A stretch of 64,000 bases of DNA, from positions 2,914 through 66,913 of the forward strand of contig JAZKAJ010000006.1 in the NCBI GenBank assembly GCA_040389185.1, written 5' to 3'. The stretch is from Patescibacteria group bacterium (GTDB lineage Bacteria > Patescibacteriota > Minisyncoccia > Phycocordibacterales > CAIRYW01). Below, in pieces: positions 45,247-53,316 of the stretch (positions are counted from its first letter, which is position 1; the number at the start of each line of letters is the position of its first letter). The notes below the pieces were generated by a model that was given only the letters and a program-made list of their open reading frames with translations, did no database searches and had not been told where the DNA came from. The position numbers and the translations under genes are program-made.

Positions 45247-46275
45247 TTAAGATTTGTTTTTTGGAAAAATAACAGCAAAAACGGTACCGACACCTTTCTC
45301 ACTTTTAACAGTAAGGGTGGCATGATGCATCTCTACAATCTCTTTAACGATTGTCAGTCCAAGTCCTAGTCCATTTTGTATTTTTCCCCCTGATTCACTA
45401 GCACCTCTATAAAATGGTTCAAAAATGTATGGCAAATCCTCTTCCAAAATACCTGAACCATTATCACGAACTACAAGCGATATCTTTGGACCCTCATCTG
45501 CGAGGCTTACCTCGACAAACCCAGTGGTTGAGTGTGCAACAGCATTTTTTAAAAGATTCGTGATTAGCATAACAACCCCTGCTTTGCTACCTGTTATAAA
45601 AACCGACTCCGGAGCTTTAATAACTATAGAAACATCTTGACCCATCGTATCTTTTACTTTTTCTATAGCCTTTTCTACTTTTACACGAAGATTAATCTCT
45701 TCTTTCATAAAAGTTCTTTTCTTATTTTTTAATCCAGAAAAAACCATCAAAAAATCGGTGAGGTTTGAGAGCTCCTCTATTTCCTCTCTATTACTTTTCA
45801 ATATTGAAATTGCTTTCTCTCTTGTGAGAAATTCCTCATGCCGTAGTGCCACTTCGATACTATTTTTCATTACAGCAATTGGGGTTTTAAGCTCATGTGA
45901 TACTGTTGCAGAAAATCTTTTTTGAAGCTCTGCAGATTTTTTGACTGGACGAAGTGCATATCGAGCCAAAAAATAAGCAGCAACTACAAGTAAAATAAGT
46001 TTTACACCACGCCAAAACCAAAGCTCTTGCTCAGCCTTAATAAAGGCTAACTCCACCATTGGCCCAGTATCAAGACGGGCAATCTCATAAACAGCGTCAC
46101 GAAGAAATCTGTCAGCAATATCACTTATAATAATTGATACAACAGTACCTACAATAAAATAAAGTATAGCAATCTTAATCTGCGCAACCAGAAATGGGTC
46201 GGAAGTAAGCTTATCTTTCCACCGCGTAACCAACCCCTCGAACTGTGCGTATAATTTTTGAATCATAGTTATCAT
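45247..46275 (-). CDS. sensor histidine kinase (HisKA + HATPase_c); real start probably downstream of the 65-nt overlap with the response regulator
   Basis: H-box FSATVSHELKTPIAV, N-box NLLKNAVAHS, G-boxes DNGSGI / GLGLGLTIV. Two N-terminal TM helices. Confidence 0.9.
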   Translation of the reverse strand: MITMIQKLYAQFEGLVTRWKDKLTSDPFLVAQIKIAILYFIVGTVVSIIISDIADRFLRDAVYEIARLDTGPMVELAFIKAEQELWFWRGVKLILLVVAAYFLARYALRPVKKSAELQKRFSATVSHELKTPIAVMKNSIEVALRHEEFLTREKAISILKSNREEIEELSNLTDFLMVFSGLKNKKRTFMKEEINLRVKVEKAIEKVKDTMGQDVSIVIKAPESVFITGSKAGVVMLITNLLKNAVAHSTTGFVEVSLADEGPKISLVVRDNGSGILEEDLPYIFEPFYRGASESGGKIQNGLGLGLTIVKEIVEMHHATLTVKSEKGVGTVFAVIFPKNKS

Positions 46276-46879
46276 CTATTTTCTGTCTCAAGTGTCGAAT
46301 ATGTACATCAACAACATTTCCAAAATCATCATCTTTTCTTTCCCACAGTTTCTCATATATTTCTTCTCTTGTCTTTACCTTACCATCACTTTCAATAAGG
46401 TATTCAAGAAGTTCAAATTCTTTAAATGTGAGATAGATTTCTTTTCCCGCTCTAAACACCCTTCTTTCCCCAATATCAATTGTAAGATCAGAAATCTTGA
46501 GCTGTGGAGGATTGCCTTGAGATCTTCTTGTGAGAGCCCGAAGTCTTGCCAGCACCTCATTAAATGAAAAAGGTTTTGATACAAAATCATCTGCACCACT
46601 ATCAAGTGCATTTATTTTATCCTCTAGAGAATCTCGTGCAGTCAAAACCAAGATAGGAACCCCCACACCTTCTTTTCGCAAAGTTTTACATATCTCAAAC
46701 CCATCTTTGCTTGGGAGCATAAGATCGAGAATCACAAGGTCGGGAATATGTTCTAAAACATTTTTTTCACCCAAAATTCCATCATAAAATACTGAGACTT
46801 CATATCCCTCTCCTTCGAGACCTTCTGTAAGTGATGCGGCAAGTTTTTTTTCGTCCTCGATAAGTGTGATTTTCATCAC
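46211..46879 (-). CDS. OmpR-family response regulator
   Basis: Receiver domain (ILDLMLP, LVLTARD, K in DDFVSKPF) plus winged-helix trans_reg_C (LTFKEFELLEYL...RTVRGVGY). Confidence 0.9.
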   Translation of the reverse strand: MMKITLIEDEKKLAASLTEGLEGEGYEVSVFYDGILGEKNVLEHIPDLVILDLMLPSKDGFEICKTLRKEGVGVPILVLTARDSLEDKINALDSGADDFVSKPFSFNEVLARLRALTRRSQGNPPQLKISDLTIDIGERRVFRAGKEIYLTFKEFELLEYLIESDGKVKTREEIYEKLWERKDDDFGNVVDVHIRHLRQKIDDNYDSKIIRTVRGVGYAVER

Positions 46880-46880
46880 T

Positions 46881-46898
46881 CTATTATAGCAATAATAG
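46881..46898. promoter_or_regulatory. perfect palindrome ctattat-agca-ataatag just upstream of the response-regulator start codon; candidate operator
   Basis: 7-bp arms, 4-bp spacer, 2 nt before the ATG at 46879. Confidence 0.25.
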
Positions 46899-46912
46899 AG
46901 AGCGCAAACAAC

Positions 46913-46942
46913 AAAAAACCCCTGTATTTACAGGGGTTTTTT
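46913..46942. terminator. bidirectional rho-independent terminator
   Basis: aaaaaa-cccctg-tattta-cagggg-tttttt. Closes the minus-strand gene 46953..47318. Confidence 0.7.
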
Positions 46943-46952
46943 GGGATTTAAG

Positions 46953-47318
46953 TTAATTTAAACTTAATCTAGTGTATGACTTGTATGAGATTGCGAGAAT
47001 AATCATGAACGCGGCTGGGAGTATAAGCATTGGTCCAAATCCTGCTACTGCCCAGATACTCACGAATGCTGAAATAAAATCGATTCCAAATCCAGCATAC
47101 GCCCACTCTTTCATATTTCTTGGAAATTGAGGAAACATAAGCACGATTGATCCGAGAATTTTAAACGTAGCAAGAAGCGAAACGAAATAAAGTGGATAGC
47201 CAAGACCAACAATGCCGTCAATTGACATTTGACTCCAGCCAGTGAGTGCTACAAGCACTCCTTCCATAAGGAATATGATTGTTGTAGTAATCCAGTACGC
47301 GATTTTTTGAGCTTTCAT
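46953..47318 (-). CDS. DoxX-like small membrane protein
   Basis: 121 aa, 4 TM helices. Confidence 0.5.
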   Translation of the reverse strand: MKAQKIAYWITTTIIFLMEGVLVALTGWSQMSIDGIVGLGYPLYFVSLLATFKILGSIVLMFPQFPRNMKEWAYAGFGIDFISAFVSIWAVAGFGPMLILPAAFMIILAISYKSYTRLSLN

Positions 47319-47379
47319 AAAATTATAACTTAACCTAATATACCCATAATATTAGCAGAAATACAGAAATGTGAAACTA

Positions 47380-47742
47380 TCACTTCTTTTCAAAAGCAAG
47401 ACTCTCTTTGACTCGAAATTTAACAATCTTTGTAATGAGTCCGTATGGAATCTTCTCATCGATTGGAAACTGAACAGTTCCTTTAGAAAAAATATACTTT
47501 GATACCTCCTTCTTAAAAGCTGTAACACCCGAAGATGTTGGATAAAATCCAATATGATGTTTATACCCAGCAAAATGCACCAAATGATGGCCATCTAAAT
47601 CAAATGTTGGAATGCCGTAGCTTATAGTTTCTGTCGCCTTCGGAGCGGCTTTTTCAATAGTTACTCTCACCTTCTTCAGGATGATCTGAATATCTTTTGA
47701 AAAAGTTTTTATATATGAGTCAATATCTTTATGGGATTTCAT
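47380..47742 (-). CDS. DUF1801 (YdhG-like) domain protein
   Basis: 120 aa. IDSYIKTF...ISYGIPTFDLDGHHLVHFAGYKHHIGFYP is typical of DUF1801. Confidence 0.65.
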   Translation of the reverse strand: MKSHKDIDSYIKTFSKDIQIILKKVRVTIEKAAPKATETISYGIPTFDLDGHHLVHFAGYKHHIGFYPTSSGVTAFKKEVSKYIFSKGTVQFPIDEKIPYGLITKIVKFRVKESLAFEKK

Positions 47743-47868
47743 ATTAATATTTTAGCAGATAGAGTTAACTATTCAAATCATCTGTGATAAATTGTAAAAT
47801 TTTCAGTTTGGATGTAGGATGACAATTAGAAAACTGTCCTAATACAAACCCTAAACAACCTCAAAACT

Positions 47869-48759
47869 ATGAACGAAGAACTCGTAAATGGAGATGGGGC
47901 TGTCGGAGCTCCAATCTCAAGTAGTGCTGGCATCAGTCATGAAGCAGCAAAATGGCTTATGGTGAGACTGCAAAAGCGCGATAATGAGGCCTTAACAACC
48001 TTGTTGAATCAGTACAATAAACTGATTGTGAGTGTGGCCGCTGCAAAAGTTGGCTCAGCACATGCAGAGGATGTGGCCATGATCACCTGGATGGAAGTGC
48101 TAAATCACGCTCACTCATATGACCCATCAAAAGGAACGCCTATAAGCTGGATTATTTCCATCTGTAGTAGGAGGTCAATAGACTGGATAAGGCGTACCGT
48201 GGCAAGAGAAAGAGCGCATCAAGGATTAGAAAACGAGCAGTCAACAAGTGAAGATGCGCATGATGGATGCGATGTCTTGGATCGCAATGAAGTAGGGAGC
48301 GTACTCAGTGAGCAACTTAAAAAGTTACCCGCTGAACAACAAGAAGTTTTGATTCTTCTAAGTCGAGGCTTCAGTCAAAGAGAGATTGCGGAGATAACCC
48401 ACACTCCTTTGGGTACCGTCAAAACAAGAATGGAACTTGGCTTGAAAAAGTTGAGGCAAAATTCACGGATTTCATGTTTACATGTTAAAAAATCCGCGAA
48501 AAGTTCTAAGCGGAAAGCTGACTCAACTCCCTCTCGTCAGGAAACTCTTCCTCCTGAACCGGCACTCGAAGTTCTTTCACTGAATGAAAAAGTGATTGAT
48601 GACACAAGCTCTCTTCCCGTGACTGAGTCTCCTGCCCCAAAAGCAGCCCAGCACACTGAAAGCAACCTGCCATTGAGAGCCAATTTCATGCCCAAAAGAA
48701 GACGTCGAGTGAGCAATGTTTGGTGGAAGGAACTTGCTACCAGACTCAGATCAACATGA
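47869..48759 (+). CDS. ECF-type sigma-70 family sigma factor with an about 100-aa C-terminal extension; encoded in a GC-rich (~45%) islet
   Basis: Region 2 (ITWMEVLNHAHSYDP...ISWIISICSRRSIDWIRR) and region 4 HTH (LSRGFSQREIAEITHTPLGTVKTRMELGLKKLRQ). Composition clearly differs from the flanking ~35% GC DNA. Confidence 0.8.
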   Translation: MNEELVNGDGAVGAPISSSAGISHEAAKWLMVRLQKRDNEALTTLLNQYNKLIVSVAAAKVGSAHAEDVAMITWMEVLNHAHSYDPSKGTPISWIISICSRRSIDWIRRTVARERAHQGLENEQSTSEDAHDGCDVLDRNEVGSVLSEQLKKLPAEQQEVLILLSRGFSQREIAEITHTPLGTVKTRMELGLKKLRQNSRISCLHVKKSAKSSKRKADSTPSRQETLPPEPALEVLSLNEKVIDDTSSLPVTESPAPKAAQHTESNLPLRANFMPKRRRRVSNVWWKELATRLRST

Positions 48760-48765
48760 GATAAC

Positions 48766-48801
48766 AGGTCATCGCCCTCGGCGCTGACCTGCTTTTATTT
48801 T
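48766..48801. terminator. rho-independent terminator shared by convergent genes
   Basis: aggtcatcgcc-ctc-ggcgctgacct (one mismatch) followed by gcttttatttt. Confidence 0.6.
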
Positions 48802-49428
48802 AATTCAAAACTTTCTTCTTCCCTCCAATAGCGATCCAAAAAATACCTTTTCTTCCCGCGTCATCAGGCAGAATATCTGAATAAGTAATTATAAATCCTA
48901 AATCTTTCAAAAGTTTTTCGATTTCTGTTTTTGAAAAATATGTGTAAAAACGATCGTTCTCTCCCGAGAGAATATCTTTGACGAAACCTTCTCCTTTACC
49001 TTTTCTCACCTGAATGTGAACTAATCCACCAGGCTTCAATATCTTATAAAATTTTTAATCGCTTTTGGTACATCAGTTCTTTTGAGATGAAGTAAGACCG
49101 CTTGAGCCCAAATGCCATCAAAATGATTATTTGGGAATTTTGATTTTAAAATATCTTCACATTTAAATACCGTCTTCGAAACTTCTTTTTTTGCCTCATT
49201 TATTAAAACACTTGAAACATCAATACCTATTACGCGCAAGCCATTCTTCACAAAAAATTTTGAGTCCCTTCCACCTCCGCACCCAACATCAAGAATAAGT
49301 GACTGTTTTAAAAAAGAATTGGTAAATGGTAGCCGAGCAGGCACAACCAACTTTTTACTGGCATCTAAATATTTTTTTCCCAGTCTGTTGTACACTTCTA
49401 CAGTCTGCTGGTAAATACTTTTACTCAT
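48800..49428 (-). pseudogene. class I SAM-dependent methyltransferase split by a -1 frameshift at about 49037 (homopolymer T4 where T5 would restore the frame)
   Basis: Track ORFs 49036..49428 (ILDVGCGGGRDSKF...KNFIRY*) and 48800..49039 (MKPGGLVHIQV...) are the N- and C-halves of one Methyltransf_11/25 enzyme. KNFyrILKPGGL would be contiguous with one extra T. Confidence 0.6.
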
Positions 49429-49438
49429 ATTTTTCAGC

Positions 49439-49606
49439 TTATTGCCCTGTATGCTTTCTAAATTTAACTCCCATATAATATGGCCAAACTATAATTGCTA
49501 AAACACCTTTCCAAAAAGAAAGATTTAAATATCCTATAGTAAAAAGCCATCCAATACACCACAAAGTCCCGAACAGATCCTGATTGTTTATTATTTCATT
49601 ATGCAT
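49439..49606 (-). CDS. hypothetical small membrane protein (55 aa, 2 TM helices)
   Basis: Manual translation gives MHNEIINNQDLFGTLWCIGWLFTIGYLNLSFWKGVLAIIVWPYYMGVKFRKHTGQ. It fills the 180-nt gap. No other support. Confidence 0.3.
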   Translation of the reverse strand: MHNEIINNQDLFGTLWCIGWLFTIGYLNLSFWKGVLAIIVWPYYMGVKFRKHTGQ

Positions 49607-49609
49607 AAG

Positions 49610-50872
49610 TTAAGTATACCACTTTAACAACTTCAGAAAAATGCCCTGCAACACTATTATCGAGATACTTGTTTTTTTTGCAAAAAGACACATTCTATAG
49701 ATTGTGGTTTTAATGATGCTCTCAATGATCGATACAAACAGTCTTGGATCATAGAAAGGTATATATTTCCATCTTCTCTCAATATTACATATCCATTTCA
49801 AAATTTCTAACATATCCAACCGCAGGATTGAGTACAAAATACTTCTTGGAAAGTAGCACATGAATTGAGCATCTTTACACTTCGGCAATTTCGGGCGGAT
49901 AAGCTGTGTCTTTTGTAACAAATAGTTTGTTATTGCCAAAGAAAAATCTACTCCAATATGTTTTGCGGGTTTAAACCAGACCTGAGGCCTCAGATCAGAC
50001 TCGATAAGATAATGCGCTCGTGACTTTTCATCTCTCATAAATGTGATAGAACTAAATCCGTTTAGACCAAAGCTCTCACCCATTTTTTTCAAAATTTCCT
50101 CAACTTCAGGACACTCAACATACTTTCTTTCACAAGATGCGCTGAACTCTCCGTTCGTAGTCTTTTTTACGATCGAATATGCGTAAGCCAAAAGCGCGCC
50201 GTTTTTAAACAATGCTTCGACTGAAACATTTTCCCCAAAAATATATCTTTGAAATAGAAGGTCCTTGTTTTGTTTTGCCGATAACTTCGAAAGACAATCC
50301 TCGACTTCTTGTTTGTCATGGCACAAGAATACACCTTTACCTCCACTACTTTGGTCAACTTTGAGAAGCATGGGGAAAGGAACCTGCTCGTATATTTTGT
50401 TCAAATCTTCAAAAGAATTATGAAGGTAAGATTGTGGAGTCAAAATATTATACTTTTGACAAAGGGAATTGAGTCCCGCTTTTGATCCAAGTAATATTCT
50501 ATTCTCAAGATTAATTATCGGTTTAATAAAGAGTTCCGCATCCTCCGTTGAACATTCGTTTATTATTCGAAGCGTTGTATCATCTGAAGCAACAAACCAA
50601 TCATATTTGTTTTCTTCTAGACTACTTTTTAGTAATTGAAGATACTCAATATTAGATAATCCCTCAGTACTGATATGGTCATCCCAAAAACTATTTTTAA
50701 GAAGCCATGATCCATTTGAACAAAAAACATCAACTATGCATCCGGCTGTTTTGAATAAATATGGAATCTCGGCTGCGATCTCAGAATTTTTGCGATCCGC
50801 GATCAAAATTCGAGCTTGATGCAGATGTTCATTCTGCGATTGATCATTATTGACTAATAATTTAAACTTCAC
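49610..50872 (-). CDS. ATP-grasp domain protein
   Basis: FPMLLKVDQSSGGKGVFLCHDKQEVEDCL resembles the ATP-grasp P-loop region (as in RimK/LysX-like proteins). 420 aa. Confidence 0.6.
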   Translation of the reverse strand: MKFKLLVNNDQSQNEHLHQARILIADRKNSEIAAEIPYLFKTAGCIVDVFCSNGSWLLKNSFWDDHISTEGLSNIEYLQLLKSSLEENKYDWFVASDDTTLRIINECSTEDAELFIKPIINLENRILLGSKAGLNSLCQKYNILTPQSYLHNSFEDLNKIYEQVPFPMLLKVDQSSGGKGVFLCHDKQEVEDCLSKLSAKQNKDLLFQRYIFGENVSVEALFKNGALLAYAYSIVKKTTNGEFSASCERKYVECPEVEEILKKMGESFGLNGFSSITFMRDEKSRAHYLIESDLRPQVWFKPAKHIGVDFSLAITNYLLQKTQLIRPKLPKCKDAQFMCYFPRSILYSILRLDMLEILKWICNIERRWKYIPFYDPRLFVSIIESIIKTTIYRMCLFAKKTSISIIVLQGIFLKLLKWYT

Positions 50873-50910
50873 AAATTGATGAAAATAAAATAAAAAATTG
50901 CATTCAAAAA

Positions 50911-51468
50911 CTAAAGCTTCTGAAACGCCATCTTGAACATTCCTGGTGATTCTATGAGTTCAGATTTATTTAGTATCTCTCTAAGGAACCCGTGGATAAT
51001 TTCTTTTGTCTTGGCAACCTCTTCTTTATTCTTCACACTAATTTCTGCCTCAAGAAAATATCTGATACTTGGCGAGTGGTCAAACTTTATACTATCAATT
51101 GTGATACTGATATTTTGTCCATCAAAACTAGCCGCAAACCATTCCCGGTCTTTTTTAATTTTTAATGAATCTGGATATTCCACAAGCTTGGATTCGTATT
51201 CTTCTTTTGTTACTTCGTGTTCATTTTCTCTTCGGACGGGCTTGCCGCCTTCGAACAATTCCCACATCTTCTCAGTATAAAAATATTTGTCTCCTTCTTT
51301 TCGATACCGCTTGATATCATAGCCTCCGTATTCTGACTCTGTAGCTTCTGGCCAAAAGTCATTTTGAGGAGTCACACCCTTAGACAAAAACCCTCGCTCT
51401 TTAAAAAGACTGATCAGCTTTTCTTTTTCATCTTCAGTAAGTTCAATTTTAAGTTCTACTTCGTACAT
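50911..51468 (-). CDS. CYTH-domain protein (triphosphate-tunnel metalloenzyme / class IV adenylate cyclase-like)
   Basis: N-terminal YEVELKIEL (ExExK) signature and alternating charged beta-strands. 185 aa. Confidence 0.55.
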   Translation of the reverse strand: MYEVELKIELTEDEKEKLISLFKERGFLSKGVTPQNDFWPEATESEYGGYDIKRYRKEGDKYFYTEKMWELFEGGKPVRRENEHEVTKEEYESKLVEYPDSLKIKKDREWFAASFDGQNISITIDSIKFDHSPSIRYFLEAEISVKNKEEVAKTKEIIHGFLREILNKSELIESPGMFKMAFQKL

Positions 51469-51471
51469 ACA

Positions 51472-52014
51472 TTATTTTGTTCTATTCACTATTAACGCTT
51501 TTGCAAGTATCACAATATTCAACTCTCCATATTCCTTTTCTACAGTTTCAATAAGTTTATTGGTGAAATCAATCCACTCTGGATAACGAAATTCCCGCAG
51601 TGCACCATCATATAGAGTTGCAGTTTTATCATATAATTTTAGCAACTGTGCTTTGGCTGGTTTTTGCAAAGTCTCCTTTACTTCAATTTCAAAATTTTCA
51701 AATGTCATATCTTTTATCATTGCCACCACTTCTTCTGACAAATCTGAAGGGAGAGCTGCTGTAGTATCTTCAAGAACATCATGGAACAGGAGCGCTTCAG
51801 CACCAGGAATCCTAATCGATTCAGGCAGTTTTGTATCCAACAGAATCATCATAGAACACCACAATGGATGGGTGAAATATGGATTAGTTTCTTGACTCGG
51901 AAACTTTCGGTGAGTCTTTGCAGTAGGCAAAGCCATTTCTTGATGCGCTTCTGCCTGGAGCTTTATATATTCAATAAATTTCTCGTAGTCCATATTATTT
52001 ATCCATTCTATCAC
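51472..52014 (-). CDS. HD-domain phosphohydrolase resembling the RelA/SpoT (p)ppGpp-hydrolase domain (small alarmone hydrolase-like); start may be Met at 51993
   Basis: HPLWCSMMIL ... ALLFHDVLEDT matches the Rel/Spo HD motif (H...HD..ED). Confidence 0.55.
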   Translation of the reverse strand: MIEWINNMDYEKFIEYIKLQAEAHQEMALPTAKTHRKFPSQETNPYFTHPLWCSMMILLDTKLPESIRIPGAEALLFHDVLEDTTAALPSDLSEEVVAMIKDMTFENFEIEVKETLQKPAKAQLLKLYDKTATLYDGALREFRYPEWIDFTNKLIETVEKEYGELNIVILAKALIVNRTK

Positions 52015-52843
52015 GAACCTCTAATTTTCTTTTAAAATGCTTCAAATATGCCACAATAATGAAACAAATGATCACCAAGAGAAACCACGAGGTGATCTTA
52101 TTAAAACTCACCACATGCCATTCGTGAAGCTGACCTGGATACTTCCATGCACCCAAATATGTCGCAATATTTTCTGCAACCCAAACAAAAAATCCAATGA
52201 GAATGAAGCTCAAAACAAGTGGTATTTTGTACTCTTTGATGCGGATAGTGAAATGTACCATTGTTTTGAAATACACAATAAATATGAAAACAAACAGAAT
52301 CCATCGCATATCGGGTATGAAGTGATTCGTAAAGAAATTAAGATAGATAAGTGAACACAAAAGAATACTTAGTCTGTATGATGGATGATCAGTTAATCTA
52401 AGTTTAAACATCTTCCATGCATAGGCAATATAGCTACCAACTGCCGCATACATAAATCCACTATAAAGTGGTACATTAAATACCTTGAAATACCCAGCTT
52501 CAGGATACGACCATGAGCCAACACTAGGACTTGTTTTGAATATCTCAAGACAAAGCCCGATGATGTGAAAAAGAAAAATGGTCTTCATCTCATCTTTTGT
52601 CTCGAGTTTAAATATGAGAAGCAAAAGTTGGATGATGATTGCGCCTATAAACAAAAAATCATATCTATATAATCCCGGGATAGATATGTAGTTTGAAATA
52701 AATAAGACAAATATGAACGAGAGTGCAAAAAGAAGCGACCGAAGCTCTTTTACGAGAAAGTAAAAAAGTTCAGCCACAAAGAATTTCATATTTTCTTTTA
52801 TTTTTTTCATCAAGCTAGACAAAGAAGCTTGCAACAAAAGCAA
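51995..52843 (-). CDS. DUF817-family polytopic membrane protein; start probably Met at 52810
   Basis: About 8 TM helices. Overlaps the neighbours at both ends if the longest ORF is used. Confidence 0.5.
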   Translation of the reverse strand: MLLLQASLSSLMKKIKENMKFFVAELFYFLVKELRSLLFALSFIFVLFISNYISIPGLYRYDFLFIGAIIIQLLLLIFKLETKDEMKTIFLFHIIGLCLEIFKTSPSVGSWSYPEAGYFKVFNVPLYSGFMYAAVGSYIAYAWKMFKLRLTDHPSYRLSILLCSLIYLNFFTNHFIPDMRWILFVFIFIVYFKTMVHFTIRIKEYKIPLVLSFILIGFFVWVAENIATYLGAWKYPGQLHEWHVVSFNKITSWFLLVIICFIIVAYLKHFKRKLEVRDRMDK

Positions 52844-53264
52844 TAAGTACGAGTGTCACAAGATTTGCACCTATCTCAGAAAAGAATCTAGGATACCTTA
52901 TACTTTTGTCAGTATTGCTCCAGATGATGCCTGAACCGATTGTAGGCACAATAAAGCAAAGCCAGTTCATCGCAATGAATCCAAGCGCCATTCCAAATGA
53001 AAGCCCATTTCTCATACCTGTTGTCACAATAAAAACGACAGCAAATGAAGTCAAAAACGAGAGTCCGATCTGCGCCGCATACATCTTCCCCATCATTGGC
53101 TTTGCCTCTTCCATTTTTTTCTTCATTTCTGCTGGAGTGAGGTTGTCACAGCCGAGAGTTTTCATATGAATACGTCCCATAGGTGTAGAGTTCGAATACC
53201 AAAAACTACCAACAATTGCAGCAATAGCTGCTCCTAGAAGTGAAAGTAAAGTAACAGTGATCAT
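52815..53264 (-). CDS. DUF1761-family membrane protein (paralog of 44798..45202)
   Basis: GSFWYSNSTPMGRIHMKTLG N-terminus and 4 TM helices. Confidence 0.55.
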   Translation of the reverse strand: MITVTLLSLLGAAIAAIVGSFWYSNSTPMGRIHMKTLGCDNLTPAEMKKKMEEAKPMMGKMYAAQIGLSFLTSFAVVFIVTTGMRNGLSFGMALGFIAMNWLCFIVPTIGSGIIWSNTDKSIRYPRFFSEIGANLVTLVLIAFVASFFV

Positions 53265-53316
53265 AAAATTTAAAATTAATGTTAACTAATAATTACAAAT
53301 AAATCTTCTACTCATA

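Noticed and set aside
46211-46275. 65-nt overlap between the histidine-kinase and response-regulator ORFs
   Set aside because: Almost certainly an artefact of taking the longest ORF. The kinase can start at a downstream Met (e.g. MIQKLYAQ) with little or no overlap.
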